From NCBI GenBank assembly GCA_032718475.1, contig JAUCBJ010002601.1, positions 1 through 64,000 on the forward strand: a stretch of 64,000 nucleotides of DNA. The letters are read 5' to 3'. Below, in pieces: positions 11,298-23,300 of the stretch. The notes beneath the pieces were generated by a model. That model saw only the letters and a program-made list of their open reading frames with translations. It ran no database searches and was not told the DNA's origin. Position 1 is the first letter of the stretch. Each line of letters opens with the position of its first letter. The stretch is from Nemertoderma westbladi. Its lineage: Eukaryota > Animalia > Xenacoelomorpha. Both the position numbers and the translations under genes were made by a program.

Positions 11298-11427
11298 ACA
11301 GCAGTACCGGTTAGGACAGTTGGGCCTACAGACCTACAGAAGTACCGGTTCTGGCAGTTGGACCTACGGACCTACAGCAGTACCGGTTCTGGCAGTTGGG
11401 CCTACTGACCTACAGAAGTACCGGTTC
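11298..11427. repeat. 38-bp tandem repeat (~3.4 copies) just inside the PBS of element 1
   Basis: Unit acag(c/a)agtaccggttctggcagttgggcctacngacct. About one degenerate copy in element 2. Confidence 0.8.
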
Positions 11428-11481
11428 AGGTTTACCGGTCACTACGGTATTTCGCAACCTTATTGCCTACTGCAATAAGAT

Positions 11482-11494
11482 TATAAACTGTTAC
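11482..11494 (-). promoter_or_regulatory. Non-tRNA primer-binding site of element 1 (GTAACAGTTTATA), complementary to its own 5' LTR at 12235-12247
   Basis: Immediately follows the 5' LTR, has no TGG, and forms a perfect 13-nt inverted match to the LTR. Confidence 0.7.
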
Positions 11495-12691
11495 TGTTCG
11501 CGCTTTTGAAGACCTTTAGCAGTTTAACCTGCCAAAATTTATATGTCTTTTAGTTAATTAAAACACCTTTAGCATACGACAATATTTTATGCTAATAAAC
11601 AAAACATTACCCGAAGTCAGCCCATGCGCGATCATTCACCCGATGGATCTACACCCGGGAGGCTGAATTCGGCTGCTTAAATTTTATTATTACAGTGTAA
11701 GGTTGCAGTGTAAATCTACTGTATTATTCGATTGATCGTTAATAATTAATTTCTGACAGATATTATTGGCTTTCGGGAAATATTAACAGTTCCTTTAGGA
11801 CGTGGCGCTCTATCTATTTAAACAGAACTAGGACTTATACTAAACGCAACGATACTGCTTATGATTAAAGTATAAAGCGCATTCTTTAGGAAATGCTTTG
11901 TTACCAATCACAATCATGCACACTATTCTGCCGACCGTCAGTAAATTTGATCACACATAAAGAGAGCAGCAATTGACTCATGTAGGGTCTGCTAAATAAC
12001 ATTAGATTTAATACACACCACATTAATATAAATCGCAATTGTTATATATAGACCGTCTCTCTAACCTGTAGTGTATCAAGAAAATTGGGAAATTTGGGTG
12101 ATTTATCAGTATTCTCCAAAGAGTAATATTTCCATCAACAAATAGATACAATTAATAACTGACGGTAAATAACAGTACAAACAATATGATTAATAGTGAG
12201 TTAATTAGTTGATCGAGTTAGATTGATTAATTAGGTAACAGTTTATACTTTCGATAATTTAAGCAGTTTTACTAGAGTTCTTCCCAAAAAGCCGGTGTTA
12301 TGGCGAAAAATGGGAACACAACAACCGAATCATATAAAATCATATGACTACTAACTATACGAGGATACCAACTACCCTTATTCCCCGAAGCTCCCGTTTA
12401 ACACAGAGGATGAGCAGTGAGATAGGAAAATTCAGTTCAGTAGCTCTGGGATAGGTCGAAATCAACGCCCACTCAAATTCTATTGGCCGATACGGACAGC
12501 AAGGCTAAGGCAACCTCTCTAAGCTAGTTGGCCGATTAAACTGAGCCCAGATATCTCCGTACAGCACATCAGCCAATAAGCTGGTAGCTTGCACCATTTT
12601 AGTTATAAATCCCTTTGAGAGTATTCTAGCGACTGGGGGGGAACTGGCCAGCAAAGGCAAACGTATCAGTTATCCCACAAAAGCTTTTACA
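11495..12691 (-). repeat. 5' LTR of element 1 (1197 bp)
   Basis: tgttcgcgcttttgaagacc...aagcttttaca. R/U5 part is homologous to the other LTRs; the U3 middle is not alignable by eye. Confidence 0.9.
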
Positions 12692-13671
12692 ACTTTAGTC
12701 TGTTTTAGGTTAGAATTATAAAGTTATAAAAATAACTTAGAACAAACGTTTTCTAACGTCTTATAATCGTTTAAAAACTACATGTCTATAATCATCTAAA
12801 CCCAAACGTTAAACTGACGTTGAATTTTAACGTCAATTTTTAACGTTATTTTGAAACGTCTGATGTTATAAATAATCGAACCTTGTAATATCGACTGAAT
12901 CACTGACATATTTTTCAAACGCGTGCAGGTAAAGATTGAAAGTAAAAAAGTAATAATTCTGGCTAGACAAGTACAGTAAGTGGCCGTGAGGTCAAACTCT
13001 CCTTGTTTTAAATTTCATGCGATCTCATTGCGACTTGAAGAAAAATTTGGGGAGGGGGTTGGGGTGGGGGGGGGGGGGGGGGTGGTGGTGCTTGTCACGG
13101 AATTATAAGATATGACACTAAATTCCGGTAAATACATTAGTGTACTTTAGATTATAACTTTATCACATTAGGCCTACGGCTGCACAGTACAATGCAATGG
13201 GTAGGTGCAAAGAGTTCACTTGCGGCCGGATTTGGAATTACTTTTACCTACAGTAGCTCAGCTCAACTCTCCTCAGCAGAATAAATAGTTATTCTTACCC
13301 ACTACAAATCATTAATACAGTACTACTACAGTAGGCCTACAGTACAGCTACAGTAAGCCGAGCGAGCACGCACAGTGGAAATGAGATCCTTTCAGGTATT
13401 CCATACGCTCTATAGTAATTTCTTATCCAATATTTTTGCAATTGAAGCTGATGTTATTTATTGTTGGTCTTAAAACGAAATTGTCACCATTAATGCAGCT
13501 TTAATTTACACTTGAAATATATTTTATATAAAACGTTTGAATATTCTTAACCTTTTTGAAGTATTCATATCATTATTTTTTTTCCTATTTCTATAGAGTT
13601 GTTCATCCTTTGCCCTGTTTAAATTTAGATTAAGATTATATTTTTCTGTCAGTTTTAGTTACTTATGTATT

Positions 13672-14173
13672 TACGGAAGCCAATAGCGGCCAGGACACAA
13701 ACATTAATGATGGACACAAACATGAATCGATTAATGTGGGACACACCCATCGGCAAAAACGATAAAAATATCTCAATAAGCAACCGTAAGTTCATGTTCT
13801 GCAACCGCGTTGATGGAAATGTCTTCAGACCGGCAAACTTTGATCAGAGGTCACGTTCTCACGGTCGTAGTTTTTCAGTTAATCATCATTAATGTTTGAG
13901 TCCCTCATTAATATTTGTGTTCCTCATTAATGTTTATTTTCCTGATAAATATGTGTCCCTCATGAATGGGCCCCAGATTAATATTTGCGTCCCACATTAA
14001 TGTTTGAATCCCACATTAATGTTTGTGTCCCCCATTAATGTTTGCATCCCACATTAATATTTGCGTCCCACATTAATGTTTGCGTCCAACATTAATGTTT
14101 GTTTGTGTCCCCCATTAATGTTTGCGTCCAACATTAATGTTTGTTTGTGTCCATGCTGCTAGGAGCTTCCGTA
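13672..14173. mobile_element. MITE with TACGGAAGC terminal inverted repeats and internal ~20-bp tandem repeats (IS3EU-like termini)
   Basis: Left tacggaagccaatagcggccaggacacaaac vs reverse complement of right tacggaagctcctagcagcatggacacaaac. cattaatgtttg repeats at 13888-14150. TSD degenerate (cttatgtatt vs cttatt), so the superfamily call is tentative. Confidence 0.7.
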
Positions 14174-14438
14174 CTTATTGGCTCTGCTGATATCCTCGTA
14201 TTTTAGCGCTACAAATAACCCACTTGCACTTGGTATAGCGTTATGGCCTAGGCATATGCTACATAGATAATACATACAGTACTGTAACAACTTTATATCA
14301 TTTATCAAAATGGCACTTAAATTAAGCTTTAAAGACCCTTGTTGATTTCAGTAAACCTTATTCACAGTGCTCGTTTTTATGTGCTTATGTATTGCATTTA
14401 TAAAAATTCACTTATTCCATCAATTTCTCATATTTGAG

Positions 14439-15271
14439 ATGGAATTAAATGAGCAAAAGGGTAAAAAACTAATTCCTATTGAGAGTACAACCCGCAATGA
14501 GATTCTCGAAGAGGAGCTCTCGGTAGATGATTTACCGGTATCTATGAAGAAATCCGAGAGATATTCATTGTTATCAATAACATGTTTGAGTAATTTCATA
14601 GGATTCACAGGATATGCCCTTGGTGGTCCGTTTTACCCCATTGAAGCTACGAAAAGAGGCCTGAATGCTACTGAAATCGGAATTGTAATTGGAATATTCG
14701 CCATCGTTGGCGCAATAACTTCCGTGATTTCCGGGATATACATGCAATATATAAGAGCTAAACGAGGATTTATTTTCGGTTTACTATTATATGGAATTTC
14801 AACAATAGCTTTCGGTTGTCTGGAATATGTTACGAATTTCACACTATTTCTTTATCTCTCAATCTTATTTCGCATTCTTTCCGCCATCGGTTTGTATTTG
14901 TATAACACTGCTGCGTATGCCGCTGTTATTTCACAATTCCGTGAAGATATAAATTTTGTGACGGGATTTATGGAATTTTTCTTAGGGTTGGGGAGTGTTA
15001 TGGGGCCACTTGTAGGTGCTTCTCTTTATGAATATGAAGGCTTTAAAACTCCCTTCAATGTTTGTGGCTCTTTGTTAATAGTGTTAGCTCTAGTAACTGC
15101 AGTTATACTTCCGCCGATTGCTTTACAGCAACCAAGAAAGACAAACATCTATCTTGCTGCACGTATACCTGCCCTCTATTTAATATGTTTTGTGTCTCTG
15201 TCTGCTGTAGCAACTATCGGATTCGTGACACCGATCTTGGCATTACATATGAGGGAAAGTTTTAATGTCGG
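14439..15271 (+). CDS. SLC18B1: MFS transporter, SLC18B1-like, coding exon 1
   Basis: PFYPIEATKRGL..IGIVIGIF, FRILSAIG, ME.FLGLGSVMGPLVGASLYEYEGFKTPF motifs and multiple TM helices. Donor GG|GTAAGA at 15272, phase 2. Confidence 0.85.
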
Positions 15272-15978
15272 GTAAGAGATTAAAATATAACATTCCATTA
15301 CTTTCTGTATAATATGTAGAAGAGTAAGAGACACGTTGTGGTCGTCGGCCACCACGAGAGTCAATGTGAATCCGCACCGTATTAATACAATATCTATAAA
15401 GACATAACTAATGGGGGGGGGGGGGCAAATTAAACCACACATTTTTGTGTCTCTGGACCATAAAATTGGATGAAAATTATTTTTTGTGCTACTAAACATC
15501 GTCTGGGCTGTGTGAGAATAACCTAAACCAAATATTTTAAAATTGGCCCAAAATGGCTCCGTACTGGCCAAAAGTGCCTTTTTGCGCAAAGGGCTATTTC
15601 TCCACTAATATTTGTTGAAATTTGTCGAAATTTGGAATATAAGTTCAGAAGAACCCTGCATCCAATTCTTCTGAACAAATTTTGCCTCAAATGCTCTGGA
15701 GCCTTTTTAGAACAAAAAGGCCCCTAAAAAGGGCTTTATTTTGGCCTTTTTTATATAAAAAGGCTCCAGGGCATTTCCAACCAAATTTGATCAGAAGAAG
15801 TATGGAGAAGGGTAATCTTAACAAGTGTCCCAAATTTCAACCATTTCAGTTAAAATTGGCGGAGAAATAGCCTTTTTCATGAAAAAGCGTCATTCTGAGA
15901 TATGGGTGTTTAAAGTTTAAGGAACAATTCAAACCTTCCCGCTAATTTAGATAATACTATTTTTCTATGTTCAACAAT

Positions 15979-17143
15979 TGTTTGCGCTTTTAAGACCTTT
16001 GACAGTTTAACCTGCCAAATTAGGATGTCTTTTAGATGATATATATTCTTTAGCTTATGACGAGTATTTGATACACTACATTAGCCGAAGCCAGTCTATG
16101 CGCAATCATTCACCCGTTGGGTATACCCGGGAGACTGAGTTCGGAGCTTAATGATTGATGGTGTAAGCCTACCGTATTATTCGACTGATCGTAATATATA
16201 ATCTCTGACAAATATTATTCACTTTCGGGAAATATTAACAGTTCCTTTAGGACGTGGCGCTCTAAATATGTAAACAGAGTTATGACTTAAACTAGACACA
16301 ACGAAAAGGCTATAGATTTACGTATATGGCACATTCTTTAGGAGATGCTTTGTTATCAGTTACAATCATACACAATGCTGCACAATACTGCACACTAATC
16401 TGCCGACCTTCACTAAATTTAGTCACGTATAAAGAGAGCAACAGACAATTTATGTTGGGCATATGAAATAGCATTAGATTCACTGCAAACCACTTAACAT
16501 AGGTCGCAATCGTTTATCTGTAACCGGTCTCTCTAACCTTTAGTATATCAAGAAGGTGGGGTGTCTGACTATTGATCAGTATTCCGATATAATATTTCAT
16601 CAACCAATATAATGAACAACCGACAGCAAAAGCAGTAATATTAGTAAGATATAAACAATAACACTGAACAGCATTGAATTGGTTTGTAAGTAGTTTGATA
16701 ACAGATATACGTTCTATAATTAAGCCTACTAATGTAAAGCTAAAGAATGCTGATATACGGAGGTGCCAAAAGCCGGTGTTCTTAGGCTCTGGGCAAAAAC
16801 ATAACACTGAACTACTGAGTTCTGTATCCACCTCCAACACAGAGACAAAAAACGCTCTGATTGGTCAACCGAACAACGAGAGAACAAAGAAACAAAGAAA
16901 TGTCGACGTGGCAATATCAGCTGCTAGCCGTCGTCATGGTAGCGACACTGTTTTCAAGAGTATCTAGCTTATCGCGTCACGAGATTGCGGATTATGTCCT
17001 CTAAAGTACAAATACAGAAGAAATGACTTTTATGTCCTCTAAAACACCAGTACAGCAAGGACACGGCCTTTTTATGCCTGGTAAACCAACCACAGAGTAC
17101 TTTACGGGGAAAATAACCGGCTAATTACGCAAAAGCTTTTACA
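15979..17143 (-). repeat. 3' LTR of element 2
   Basis: tgtttgcgcttttaag...agcttttaca; offset 11647 to the 5' LTR. Confidence 0.95.
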
Positions 17144-17221
17144 CCGCTCCCAGAAAATGGGATTTAAGTCTATAAAATATAACAAATCACAGTTTCTAAA
17201 ATATAAAGATACTCTAAACAG

Positions 17222-18742
17222 TTAGTCTTTCTTACACAGACGGCGTTTACACAGTTTTTTGAGGCTAGCAAGAGTCCTTTTCTCTTGGGGGCGAGCCACT
17301 TTACTAGGAGGGCTATAAATCCTGGGTGAAGGGTGCAATATGATTGCATCAGAAGGTGTAGGATTATGGTCGGGGTATCCGCCGTTTCGATATGCTTCTC
17401 CTCGAGCTGATTTTCCTCCGCTCGTAGCTGGATACGTTCATCCAAAAACTCTCGCAGAGAATGGGGTTGTCTAAGTTCGATATCTTCTTAGAGATTCTGG
17501 ATTTCACAATCGAACTGAGATAAAGACAATTCGTTTATCGCTTGGACTTGCTGTTACAACTTACGTTTATCTGAACAAACGCAGGTTTCCTTTCTGATCT
17601 TTGTAGAATAGCGTTTAACTCGTTTGGTACAACGTTCTCCGCCACTTTGGTGACAGGTTATATCGTGTTAAGCCGGGACGATGGTAAGGGTTAAACGGCG
17701 ATATTAAATGTCCGCGTCCCAATCCGGCTAGGTAGAATGGGCTAGTATCTAGGAAGCCCACAACTGGGGTGCCACCGACTAATTGTTCAGGTAACACTAG
17801 ATCTTTGAGCAGTGAGTACAGCTCGGGAGGATCCGTCATACTAATAGGATCAAGAGTCTGAAGTTTCACTAGGGAATGAGGAGTTCTGATCGAGTATTCC
17901 GAAACTCTGATCATTGGTTTATTTAAGGATCGTCTGAGTCGAATGAGCGTAGGTGATACATCGAACAAGTTTCGCTCGAAACTCCCGTAAGTATAGCGAG
18001 TAAAACCGTGTTTAAAGCAACGTCTCCGCGGATGTTTATGTCTTTCCGTTTGTTGGTTGGGTCTTGGGCATTCATCGCAATAATACCAAAAACGCACGTC
18101 TTGTAGGGGAAACGCGAGTGATCTTCCTCCAGCTTACAATATTCCTCCATCCGTTCGAAGCTATCCGGTACAACAGGTAGTGATCGATCGGCGGTAAGAT
18201 ACATCATAGTGGAATAGAGCCGTTTGAGTTCTACCATGCGGTCATGATGTATACCTTGAGGATATCGAGTTTCTAGATTCTGTTGACTGGTAATATCGAG
18301 ATAGGTTTCTCTCAAGAATTCCAGGTATTTGGTGAAGTCGCTGCGTTTATCCGGCTCTTCAACATCTGCACTTTCGAGTCGGTTTCGAATATAATTTTCG
18401 TGTTCGAGTCTCAGTTTATCGTTCCGCTTCCGCTGGGTATGATATTTAAATAAACCATTTCCCTTTGGTGTCTATATCGTTCGTATCGTGTAGGTCGATA
18501 GGATGACCAGTAGTTAAGAAGTTCATATACATACCATTACGATGCGTATAGCGAGCGGTGAATTTTCTACAGTCTAACCCACGCGCAAGTTGCTCCCGGG
18601 ACATTGGCGGTTAGATATAACGACCATCGTCCTCCGTAGTAGTTGGACCAGCGTCGCCGCGTATCAAGCTATCAACAAACGCTTGTAAAGGTAGAGTATA
18701 TCGTTCCCTGATACCAAGATCATCTTCTATCAACTCAATCAT
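17222..18742 (-). pseudogene. Disrupted accessory ORF region of element 2
   Basis: The ORF2 homolog has TAA at codon 44 (18611-18613; GAA in element 1) and indels near 18455-18466. The middle part is not homologous to element 1 (fragments 17923-18315 and 17615-18097). The basic C-terminus ...KKD* is shared. Confidence 0.6.
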
Positions 18743-20383
18743 ATCTGCTATATAAGTTTATCCATATTATAATGAGTTTATATTTAGGCGAGCGGGCGTC
18801 GCTGCCTACCCCTCTCTGCCCCCGGACAGTGCGAGATCCTCAGCGCTGGTGTACTTTCGCCGATGTGCCTATCGCCAACGTCGTAGCTGCACAACGACTA
18901 CAACAACCAGCACGAGCCACTCCACCGTCCGTCCCAAAGGCTTAGATATACTTCAGGTTCTTACTGGAGAGTTAGGGTTACTTTCACAATTGCGACTCGC
19001 TACTGTAAACACACCTTAGTAGTAACATTCACCTACAAACGCACAAATTCCACGTAACAGTCACAAATGGTACACATTCTATCACACATTCGGGTCATTT
19101 GTCCGTTAGTCAAGTGCCTTCCAGAATGTCACGTTGTTATTATGTATCCTTGGATACTAGCGGTGTGCTATTTATTCCGTATGCTATTCAATAAGCAAGC
19201 CCTTTATTGTTCTTTTAACTCACTTCTAATTCTAGCGTGGTTGTTGCCATGGTGACATTATGGAAAGCTAGCGGTAGAATTAGGGTAATTCTCATGCATA
19301 CAGATCTGGGATGCTATTTAATAGTAATTCTTTAATTGTCAATATCCTCTCTATATATGATTTTATGAATTTTATCGGCTATTGACTATACATTGGAGAT
19401 TCTCACACACAAATACACTTAATATAGTGAATCTCCGCTCCCATGATCTATTAATTAATGGAATTTTGGGAATGTTATAAATTGTATAAAAATGACAATT
19501 TATTAAATTCATTAAAATATATGAATTTAAATTTATTCCCGTAAATTTTATTATTTAATGTTAAATAGACACAATTTTATTCCAGAACGTGTCTGGGAAC
19601 TGGGATCCTTGATTCTAGGAATTTTGTCCTTTTAAGAGTATCGGTAAGTGCTACGATATCTTAATCGACTAGAATGTTAAAGGATCTAAAATTTGACAGA
19701 TTTTGTAAATATTAATAATTAATATTTAGGATGGGCACCAATTTATTCCAGAACTTGTCTGGGGACGTTAACCACTGATTCTAGAATTTTGTCTTTCAAG
19801 TATATCGGTGGGTGCCGCGATATCTTAATCGACTAGAATTACAGATGGTCAAAAGGTTTAACAGATTTATTTGCGTTTCACGCTACTGTTAGAGGGACAT
19901 CACGCTACTATATGTATTATTTAATATACGGTATGAGAGCAATATCGCACGAAGCAATGTCAGTGTGAAGAGGCAAGTCGTTTCCAAGGTCTACCAAGAG
20001 CTTGGTTTAGCCGAGACACGAGGATCTGAACTTTGCATTCCTAATACTCTGCCTACCAATAATACTTGAATATAGTAGTGGCTTTATTGTACTTTAATAA
20101 GTACGGACATTTCATCTTACTGTAGTTACGTATTTATAATATAACACGGACTGTAAGGAAAGAGAAAAATACTTGTTTCTCACCGTCACACTAAATATAA
20201 TATAAGTAATTACGTACGTAATAAACACGAATATATTGCACTATTCTACTAAATAATCGCTAAATAATATTCTACTAAATTAAATAAAACGATTATAATA
20301 AAATTACATAGTAATACATACAGAAATATAAAAATAATAAAATAATATAAAATAATAGAGTCACACACCCACTCCATATGTTG

Positions 20384-23300
20384 TTACGTTATGGAGTCCC
20401 TAGATGTTTGAAGGATTAGGGAGGTGGTCGTGGGAAGAGAATCTTGCCTTCCACAGTTTCCGGAGAGTCCTCCATTCCCTTCCGGTAAACACAAACGACC
20501 GACTGGGTGATTGAGTCGCTGCATCCCGAATACAATTCCAGGTTTCCTCTTCGTCCTGGAATAGTGACGATAGAAACATCGCTCTAGGTACACGACGGCC
20601 TTACAAAGCCGATTCCAGGAGCTATAGTGGTCCGTCGCTCCCTGCAGGAGAGGTGAGAGTCCCTGCGAGACGTCTGATGTTCCAGAGCTCCAATCGCTCT
20701 CTCTGATTTTCATGAAGGATCCACTCGCGGTGGGGAGGTCCAGATCCACGGCGTCGTCCCTGGCAATATGTAATACCGACAGATCTATCCCGGGTTCAAA
20801 TAACTCCGATCCACCCGTTCGGGTTTTAGGTTTGACTTTCTCTGCTCCCTTGGCTGGTCTAATCTCAGTCGGAGTAAGATGGGGAGGCCATTCATCCTCC
20901 TTACTCAGGAAGTCGGGTTCACCTAACCGGTCTGTAGTATCTGTCAGTTCTTGAGGAGTTGCTCCTCTGGAAGCGATGTCAGTTGGATTAAACTTCTTGG
21001 GGCAATATCTCCATTGATCTACATTGGAGCTAATATCGTCATTATCTGAGGAGTATGGTGTTCCCTCAGTTGGGTCGTCTCCCTCACTAGTATCATCTTC
21101 CCATTCACTCACCTGGCAGACGCGATCTTGAAGCAGTCTTTCTCTGAGCGTTCTTCGGGAAGGTCCAGTAAGGTACCAACCTACTCTAGTTCTTACCGCA
21201 TAGGTCTGAAGTGGTTGCGGTTGAGCAGGTCGTTTCTCCAATGTCTCCAGCGCCTCATGCGCGTTTTGACCGATTAATATTTGTACTCCAGGATAATCGG
21301 TGTCGAATCTAGGAATGTTAAGTTGTTGGGCATGATCATCTTCGTCCCAATTATAAGGTTCCACTTGGGTGGTAGCGAAGTTCTTTATTGCCACCATTTT
21401 GACTGACCTTATACTGTGTTCTCCTAGTTTATCCTGTGGAGTGGACAACTCACCTATATAATAGTCGGCAGCCACAGCAGATTTCCAAACCTGCATGATC
21501 CCTGACATGTTTAGCTTGGTTCGGAACTTGGGTTGTCCAGCAAAGATGTCTTCGGCTTGTTCTTTATCGATGAATGTTCCTGTGCTGCCGGAGTCCAGGA
21601 GGGCGTTCACTATATAGCTCTTCTGAGGTCCGTGGACCCGTAACTGGACTACAGGAAATTCTCGGATTCCTACATTTGAAGTTGGCGCTTTCCAAGATTG
21701 TTGTTGATCTGAAGTAGTTAGGGTGAGGTCGCTGTCTGTGTCTTTCTCATACATGAGTGCTCGATACACTGCGGTGGTGTTTATTAAGTAACAGGATTCG
21801 TTTTGGTCGGAGAATTCGTCCGTATAGAATCCTTCCATCTCAGATTGATCAGTGTCGTTCACATCACTGAATTGGACATGTAGTTGTTCGGACTCACTTA
21901 CCTGACTCGGGCTGCTTCGTTCGAATTCCGTGTGCAACAAGATATGATGTTTTGCGCCGCACTTTGCACACCTTACGTCGGAGTAACAGGTTCGCCGTTG
22001 GTGTCCTCGTCTGAGGCAATTATAACACAACCGCTTATCCCACATGACTTCACGTCTGTCCTTTAGTGATTTCCTCAGGAATTCATCACACGCACTTAAA
22101 CGGTGGGGCCCATCGCACAGCACACATTTGGGCTTGATGTTACTTACTTTAACATGTGCTGTGTGGTGCACGTTCGTTCTTTCCTCGGGCTTTCTCACCT
22201 GAATTCTCTTGGGAGACGTAGGAGGAGTTTTTCTTACCTGTTCTCTCCTGTCATTGGGTCGAGACTTGAATTTACTTACCTGGTCTTTAGGCGTTTTATT
22301 TACATAATAAGATCTTTCAGTGTCTTTCCCGCTATCCTCTCCTTGAGAAGTCTGGCTTTCGCCGTCGTCTGTATAACACACTGGTGTTACCCTTCTCCTA
22401 GAAATGGGTTTCTCACTTACCTTGTTTTCCAGTGTCTTCTCTCTGGACTGCCTTAGGAGCTGTAATTTCACTTCTCCATCTAAGAATGACATGAGATCAG
22501 CCATGGTAGGGTCTCGTCGTTGTTGTTCCATCATATATAACACTTTCTTGTCCCAGCGTGTACCTACTCCACCCTTGGGCAAAGTAGATGCTAAGGCTCC
22601 TACAACCATAGAATTCTGGTATTCATGAGACTTACCTAGCCAATCTAGTTGTCTACAGATCTCCTGAATCTCATCGGAAAACTCTATAATCCCGCTGCTA
22701 AGAAACTTTCGGGGCGCCATTAATTTTGCATACAAATACCTAGCTATGTTATTCCTATTACCATACCTGATGTTTAGTGTATCCCAAACTTGTCTTAATC
22801 CGTCTGGATGTCCAATAAACTTTAACGCCATTAACTTGGGAGATCCTTCCAAGCACTCGATGAGGAATCTAAGTTTCTCTCCATTAGATAGTACAGAGTT
22901 CTGTATGTTATCTTTATAATATTCATTAAAAGGTAACCATTTCATCTCATCTCCATTGAACTTGACGATCTCTCCCACCTTTACCGCTTGCCGGGCTTCG
23001 GTTCTAGCCATTTGACGCGTAAAACTTTCTTGGGCCATCGTGTTATTTAATATCGAGTTATCGGTATATAAATTTCTCGGATTATGATCCGGTCTATAGG
23101 GAATATCATTATCAACAGGTCTATAATTACTCTTAATAGGGTTCACTATAGGAGTTTCTACTTCGCTAGCAGTATAGATGCATGTAGGCTCCACACCTTG
23201 CGCATGAGATACTTCAGACCTAACAGGTTGACACATTGTTACAGGGGGTGGTAGTATACCCTTTTGTAAATTTACTAATTTATCACGTTCTAGCGCGATA

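Larger units (their letters stand above)
774..12691 (-). mobile_element. BEL/Pao LTR retrotransposon, element 1 (non-autonomous, Gag-PR only, probably chimeric)
   Basis: TGT...ACA-bounded homologous LTRs at 774-2023 and 11495-12691. PPT at 2024-2031. Gag has BEL-type triple zinc knuckles followed by a protease. No TSD (CTGCT left vs ACTTT right) and the LTRs are clearly diverged. Confidence 0.9.

Noticed and set aside
12130-12234. Tf1-like R-U5 stem next to the primer duplex
   Set aside because: Only 5-8 bp pairings were found by eye, which is chance level; needs computational folding.
13049-13090. Poly-G/C tracts (also 63789-63814)
   Set aside because: Simple homopolymer runs with no supporting context.
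14367-14438. N-terminal extension of the MFS ORF in the track
   Set aside because: It starts at GTG and is pyrimidine-rich UTR or intron-like sequence; ATG 14439 is preferred.
16514-16967. LTR ORFs (also 28161-28614 and 1565-1783)
   Set aside because: Not conserved among the three LTR types; repeated only because the LTR is repeated.
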